Below are positions 60,595-64,000 of a stretch of DNA of 64,000 bases, in pieces. The DNA comes from an uncultured virus (IMG/VR IMGVR_UViG_2667527573_000005). Taxonomy: Duplodnaviria > Heunggongvirae > Uroviricota > Caudoviricetes. Made by a program: the position numbers and the translations under genes. Under the pieces are notes generated by a model. That model did not search any database. It was not told where the DNA came from and was given only the letters and a program-made list of their open reading frames with translations. How positions within the stretch are numbered: position 1 is the stretch's first letter; every line of letters begins with the position of its first letter. The DNA is taken from positions 62,001-126,000 of IMG/VR virus record IMGVR_UViG_2667527573_000005, one strand, 5' to 3'.

Positions 60595-60987
60595 ATGGAT
60601 AACTTTGAGCAAAGCACCATTTCAAGATTAAGTGCACTAGAAGAAAAAGCAAAACACACTAATAACAAGATTGATTCTCTTGAAGAAAGAACAAATGTTA
60701 TCGGTCGTATAGCTACGCTTGTTGAGCAACAAGTCGAAATTAATAAAGACTCTCAAGCACAATCAAGAGAACAGTTCAGTACTCTTAACGAAATGAGCAA
60801 CAGTTTAAAAAATCTAAGCAAATCGTATGAAAAACTGGACAATCGAGTTGAAATATTGGAACGCTCTGATTCTACTCGCAAAATTGATCCCTCACAATTT
60901 ACAAAAGACCTTGTATTCAAGGTGCTGCCAAGTGTAATTGCCACTATTATCGGTGCATGGTTGCTCATACATTTTGGCCTTAAATAA
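60595..60987 (+). CDS. Holin-associated coiled-coil protein with C-terminal TM
   Basis: Between endolysin and holin. Confidence 0.7.
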   Translation: MDNFEQSTISRLSALEEKAKHTNNKIDSLEERTNVIGRIATLVEQQVEINKDSQAQSREQFSTLNEMSNSLKNLSKSYEKLDNRVEILERSDSTRKIDPSQFTKDLVFKVLPSVIATIIGAWLLIHFGLK

Positions 60988-61008
60988 AAATGAACAGGAG
61001 ACGATTAA

Positions 61009-61260
61009 ATGACTAAAATTAACTGGAAAGTAAGATTGAAAAAGAAAACATTTCTTGTCGCAATTTTCTCTGCAACGCTGTTATTCGTACAAGCAATTGC
61101 CTCTGCTTTTGGATATGACTTGACTGTATTTGGTAACGACTTAACAGAGAAATTTAATGCCCTTCTAACTTTTTTATCAGCAATGGGAATTGTGGTTGAC
61201 CCAACAACTCAAGGTATTTCTGATAGTGAACAAGCAATGGATTATGATTCACCGAGATAA
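61009..61260 (+). CDS. Phage holin
   Basis: INWKVRLKKKTF...GIVVDPTTQGISDS. Confidence 0.92.
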   Translation: MTKINWKVRLKKKTFLVAIFSATLLFVQAIASAFGYDLTVFGNDLTEKFNALLTFLSAMGIVVDPTTQGISDSEQAMDYDSPR

Positions 61261-61265
61261 ACCCC

Positions 61266-61299
61266 ATACCCTTCTCTTGATTGAGGAGGGTATTTTTTT
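61266..61299 (+). terminator. Late-operon terminator
   Basis: ATACCCTTCTC...GAGGAGGGTAT-TTTTTT. Confidence 0.8.
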
Positions 61300-61413
61300 C
61301 GTTTTTTCAAATGAAAAAATCGCAGAAAACTTTACATCCTTTTACATTTTTTCAATGACTATGTTATGATTGTTTTCGAGAGATTTTTGAAATTTTCAGA
61401 AAGAGGGGTTTAA

Positions 61414-62529
61414 ATGAGTAAGATCGCTTCTGAAGTTGTCGCTACTACACTGAATGACTGGTACATTGCTATAAAAAAACAAAAGGTTGATGAATCAATA
61501 AAATATTATTCAGAGATAAAAAAACTTTTTGATGAAATGGAAGAAGATCAAGAAGTTCTTGCGTATTATAGTCTATTAGAAGAAAGACATAAAATGTTGC
61601 TGCATTCTTCACGAGGAGAGCCTTTACAAAAGCACACCTATTTTACTGAAGACAATCAAAACTTCATAAAAAAAACAAATGATAAATTAGAATACAACTT
61701 TTATTTATTTGAAGCAATGTACGAGGCATACAACAAAAACTATGATCGAGCAATTAACCTATATGGATTAGCTGAGAAAAAGCTTGCAGAAATTCCAGAT
61801 GAAATTGAAGCAGCTGAATTTTACTCTAAAGTCTCTTACTTATATACTCTTGTTAAACAAAGCATTGTGGCACAACATTATATAAAAAATGCAATTTCAA
61901 TATATAAGCGACACCCTGATTATAAATGCAAACTAGCTACATCAACAATGATTGCAGCTGCAAACTATGCTGATATGAAACGATTTGAGGAAGCAGAAAA
62001 ATATTACTTAGAAGCAATTGATATTGCAAAAGAAACAAAAGACGAATTTTTGAAAGCTCAATTACTTCACAATCTTAGCATCGTATATTCTGATTGGAAC
62101 AAACCTGATAAATGCATTGAATCTCTTGAAAAAGCAATAGGAAATGAATCTTGGTTACATTCGATTTATTATATAAATTCTTTATTCATGATGATTAAAG
62201 AACTCTTTAAAATTGACGAAAAAATGAAAGCCATTAATTTTTACAATAAAGCACAGGAAAGACTCATATTAATGGAGAATAAAGTATACGAAGCCAAAAT
62301 CAGCATCCTGTATAACCTTTATTGTGGGGAGTTAAAAAATAATTTCAATAATTGTATTAGTAATATTGAGTTTTTAAAACAGCAAAATGAACTTGAAAGT
62401 GTAGATGAATTGTCCTACATAGCTGCAAAAAGGTTTGAATCAATAGGTGCTTTTGAAGAAGCAACGAGCTTTTTCAATGCGAAAATTTGGGCTGAACAGA
62501 AAATGAATCAGGTGGAGGGAATCTTATGA
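61414..62529 (+). CDS. rapK: Rap-family TPR regulator RapK
   Basis: MSKIASEVVATTLNDWY...MEEDQEVLAYYSLL; 371 aa; matches recalled B. subtilis RapK. Confidence 0.88.
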   Translation: MSKIASEVVATTLNDWYIAIKKQKVDESIKYYSEIKKLFDEMEEDQEVLAYYSLLEERHKMLLHSSRGEPLQKHTYFTEDNQNFIKKTNDKLEYNFYLFEAMYEAYNKNYDRAINLYGLAEKKLAEIPDEIEAAEFYSKVSYLYTLVKQSIVAQHYIKNAISIYKRHPDYKCKLATSTMIAAANYADMKRFEEAEKYYLEAIDIAKETKDEFLKAQLLHNLSIVYSDWNKPDKCIESLEKAIGNESWLHSIYYINSLFMMIKELFKIDEKMKAINFYNKAQERLILMENKVYEAKISILYNLYCGELKNNFNNCISNIEFLKQQNELESVDELSYIAAKRFESIGAFEEATSFFNAKIWAEQKMNQVEGIL

Positions 62530-62648
62530 AAAAACTTGTGCTTTGCGTATCTATTTTAGCTGTGATTTTAAGTGGAGTAGCTTTAACGCAATTGAGTACA
62601 GATTCACCATCTAACATCCAGGTAGCTGAAAGGCCTGTCGGAGGTTAA
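62526..62648 (+). CDS. phrK: PhrK signalling pre-peptide (40 aa)
   Basis: Hand-translated MKKLVLCVSILAVILSGVALTQLSTDSPSNIQVA-ERPVGG; ATGA overlap with rap. Confidence 0.9.
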   Translation: MKKLVLCVSILAVILSGVALTQLSTDSPSNIQVAERPVGG

Positions 62649-62669
62649 AAAAGGTTGATTAATTTATTT

Positions 62670-62700
62670 AGCCCTACTCAAACATTTGAGTGGGCTTTTA
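62670..62700. terminator. Terminator between phrK and convergent uvrX
   Basis: AGCCctACTCAAA-ca-TTTGAGTgGGCT-TTT. Confidence 0.65.
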
Positions 62701-62702
62701 TT

Positions 62703-63953
62703 TTATGATTTATGTCCACCGGTCAGCCCTGCTCTGTGAAGCGCAGTACCAGCAGATGTATAAGAAACTGCTCTAAGAATCGCTTTTGATCCGTATTTAC
62801 TTCTAATCCCATCCATTACAAACCCAAGTTTCCTTCTCTTTTCATTATCCACTTCAAATAAACTCAACTGTTGATTAACATCATCCTCAATATTTGATAA
62901 CGTAACTGAGATACTTCTTACTGTTTTACCCGAGTAAAACTTATCAAACAGCATCAAGCAACATCTATATATGTCCATCGTGATATTTGTGGGAAGATCT
63001 ATTGTTTTGGCTCGGTGAAATCCACCACCAAGATCATCCTTACTGTATCCAATACCCAGGCTGATTGTTCGACCAGCTTTGTTGTGTGTACGTGCCCTTC
63101 TTGCGACTTCCTCGCAAATTTCCAAAAGAACAGCCTTAATCTCTTCTCTCCTTATATAATCCCTCAGTAAAATCTGACTCTTACCAAAACTAATCTGCCC
63201 TTGCATCAAAGGAGCTCCTATTTCTGATAAATCGATTCCATGAGCATGATAATACAACTGGTTTCCCATTATTCCGAACTTCTTTTCAAGCAGCTCTAAA
63301 GGAAATTTAGCTAACTGACCTACAGTTGATATTCCCATCCGATTCAGATTTCTTTCCATCCTCCCTCCTATCCCCCACATTTTAGACAACGGGTGAACCT
63401 TCCAGAGTTTATTTGGCACATCTTCATATCTCCAACGTGCAATGCCACTTTTCGTTTTCTTACTCTCCAGGTCAAGTGCAAGCTTACTAAGCAACATATT
63501 GTCACCAATTCCAACTGTACACATCAGGCCAAACTCTCTCCGCATACTACTTTGAATTGCTTTGGCCATTTCTTCAGGATTTTCTTTTCCTGCATCTAAA
63601 AAAGATTCATCAATTGAATACGTATGGACACATTTTTCAGGAACAAATCTGTAAAACAGCTTTGTAATTTCAGTTGAAACTCTGATGAAAAGCTTCATTT
63701 GTGGATTTACAATGTGTATCCTTGGATCTTCAGGTATCTCAAAAAGTCTCGATCCTGTTTTGATTCCAAAATCTTTTTTAAGTGCAGGAGATGCAGCTAA
63801 TACTACACTTCCCTGTCTCTCCGTATTCCCTACAACAGCAAGATAACATGTTAAAGGGTTAAGCCCCATTGTTACAGCCGATACAGAAGCATAAAAGGAT
63901 TTCATATCGACACAAAGTATATTCTTACGTGGAAATTGTGAGTAATCAATCAT
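62703..63953 (-). CDS. uvrX: UvrX Y-family (UmuC-like) DNA polymerase
   Basis: CVDMKSFYAS, YSIDESFLD, MWGIG; 416 aa. Confidence 0.95.
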   Translation of the reverse strand: MIDYSQFPRKNILCVDMKSFYASVSAVTMGLNPLTCYLAVVGNTERQGSVVLAASPALKKDFGIKTGSRLFEIPEDPRIHIVNPQMKLFIRVSTEITKLFYRFVPEKCVHTYSIDESFLDAGKENPEEMAKAIQSSMRREFGLMCTVGIGDNMLLSKLALDLESKKTKSGIARWRYEDVPNKLWKVHPLSKMWGIGGRMERNLNRMGISTVGQLAKFPLELLEKKFGIMGNQLYYHAHGIDLSEIGAPLMQGQISFGKSQILLRDYIRREEIKAVLLEICEEVARRARTHNKAGRTISLGIGYSKDDLGGGFHRAKTIDLPTNITMDIYRCCLMLFDKFYSGKTVRSISVTLSNIEDDVNQQLSLFEVDNEKRRKLGFVMDGIRSKYGSKAILRAVSYTSAGTALHRAGLTGGHKS

Positions 63954-64000
63954 TGTATGTAACTCCTATGATGTTATTCATGTTGATGTAAACTGTATTG
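63946..64000 (-). CDS. yolD: YolD-like protein, C-terminal end only
   Basis: ...NTVYINMNNIIGVTYND-stop overlapping uvrX start; yolD-uvrX synteny. Confidence 0.6.
   Translation of the reverse strand, partial: NTVYINMNNIIGVTYND

Larger units (their letters stand above)
1..64000. mobile_element. Internal segment of an SPbeta-like (phi3T-like) temperate phage/prophage; ends not in window
   Basis: Gene order yopQ-yopP...aimR, yonV, yonT, yonO, yonN, yonK/J, terminase-portal-capsid, yom tail genes, cwlP, lysis, uvrX matches SPbeta-family synteny. Confidence 0.97.

Noticed and set aside
1207..63599. Many antisense or out-of-frame ORFs nested in long genes (e.g. 1207, 12918, 14187, 20639, 31731, 47430, 51630, 58335, 63393)
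   Set aside because: Shadow ORFs of well-supported genes, with no RBS or motifs

Overview
This window is about 64 kb from inside an SPbeta-like temperate phage or prophage of the Bacillus subtilis group, closest in style to phi3T. No att site, host gene, rRNA, IS or CRISPR array is visible. Bases 1-18.9 kb are mostly minus-strand and hold the sro/yop repression module, a complete arbitrium locus (phi3T-like AimR N-terminus, AimP peptide SPSRGA, MazE-mimic AimX), accessory genes (AbiH, a proteasome-beta-like protein, many small ORFs), a helicase operon, yonV and the yonT-yoyJ/SR6 type I toxin-antitoxin. A ~1 kb non-coding, strand-skewed segment at 17.3-18.2 kb lies near the switch in coding strand. 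From 19 kb the plus strand carries the single-subunit RNA polymerase yonO, an HU protein, a GIY-YIG endonuclease, then ~1.6 kb of densely base-paired, almost wholly non-coding DNA that starts with a tRNA-like fold. After that come yonK/yonJ, packaging and head genes, tail genes with morons (GDPD lipoprotein, RelE-type TA), lysis genes, rapK-phrK and a convergent uvrX/yolD. The two best candidates for undescribed biology are (i) the large structured RNA at 23.4-25.05 kb and (ii) a directional TAAAA-N6-TTTTA-NN-CAGA repeat at gene junctions that brackets small accessory genes like cassettes. Gene names come from recalled SPbeta/phi3T sequences and synteny, not from database searches; helices and motif copies were found by eye.
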